Shown: in pieces, positions 35,189 through 35,502 of the stretch
Layout of the letters: each line of letters opens with the position of its first letter
Numbering within the stretch: the first letter of the stretch is position 1
Source: a virus
Lineage: Duplodnaviria; Caudoviricetes
Strand: one strand, 5' to 3'
Virus record (IMG/VR): IMGVR_UViG_3300020381_000025
Coordinates: 1-35,502 of that record
DNA: 35,502 nucleotides
Position numbers and translations under genes: made by a program
The notes under the pieces: model-generated
Database searches by the model: none
Told to the model about the DNA's origin: nothing
What the model saw: only the letters and a program-made list of their open reading frames with translations

Positions 35189-35502
35189 ATGAAGAAATTT
35201 TTACCTATATTATTATTGTTTGGATTTAGTTCGCCTGCTATGGCTGATTTGACGCATAAACTATCCAGTAGTGTGCAATTGAGTGTGAACGCAGCAGCGA
35301 CTCAGGTTGATAGAGTTGGCTCTACATTTACGATCTCTGGTTCAAACATTGATACAACTGATGGTACAACAGCGGGTACAGTATCTGCTGGAACAATCAC
35401 ATCAGGTGTTTATAATCCAGGCACAATCGCTGCCACACAGGACACAGCTGGTGCTGCTTTTAGCTTCAGTTCTAGTTACACTCAGGCTGATGCGGTTCCA
35501 AC
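35189..35502 (+). CDS. Secreted/periplasmic Ser/Thr-rich conserved cyanophage protein, N-terminal part
   Basis: Not in the ORF track. Reads MKKFLPILLLFGFSSPAMA|DLTHKLSSSVQLSVNAAATQ..., with an AxA signal peptide, open to the window end. ATAAATA at 35157-35163. Confidence 0.75.
   Translation, partial: MKKFLPILLLFGFSSPAMADLTHKLSSSVQLSVNAAATQVDRVGSTFTISGSNIDTTDGTTAGTVSAGTITSGVYNPGTIAATQDTAGAAFSFSSSYTQADAVP

Overview
AT-rich segment of a T4-like marine cyanophage (Kyanoviridae-type myovirus). The D1 and CP12 sequences suggest a Prochlorococcus host. The layout runs as follows: a minus-strand tail-fibre/virion cluster (1-13280), a 2OG-Fe(II) oxygenase, the baseplate spike/hub genes with cp12 embedded, a repeat-rich candidate tape measure, the gp26/'gp51'-like and tail-tube-like genes, a plus-strand gp4-gp2-gp48-gp53 block, and a minus-strand core block (gp32 ssb with a manA-type ncRNA upstream, gp59, gp33, exonuclease, phoH, small conserved ORFs, glutaredoxin, talC, psbA with a PhotoRC-II-type leader). 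The top finding is a candidate programmed -1 ribosomal frameshift: a T-TTT-TTC slippery site with an internal GGAGG 10 nt upstream would fuse the gp26-like ORF to an ATG-less 'gp51'-like ORF. It sits in the tail tube / chaperone / tape measure position occupied by lambda G/GT. Other leads are a conserved leader motif before three fibre genes, an HLR1 (RpaB)-like site in the psbA promoter, a possible late sRNA after psbA, a structured gp32 leader and a cupredoxin-like tip on the giant virion protein. All family assignments come from motif recognition and synteny; no database search was run.
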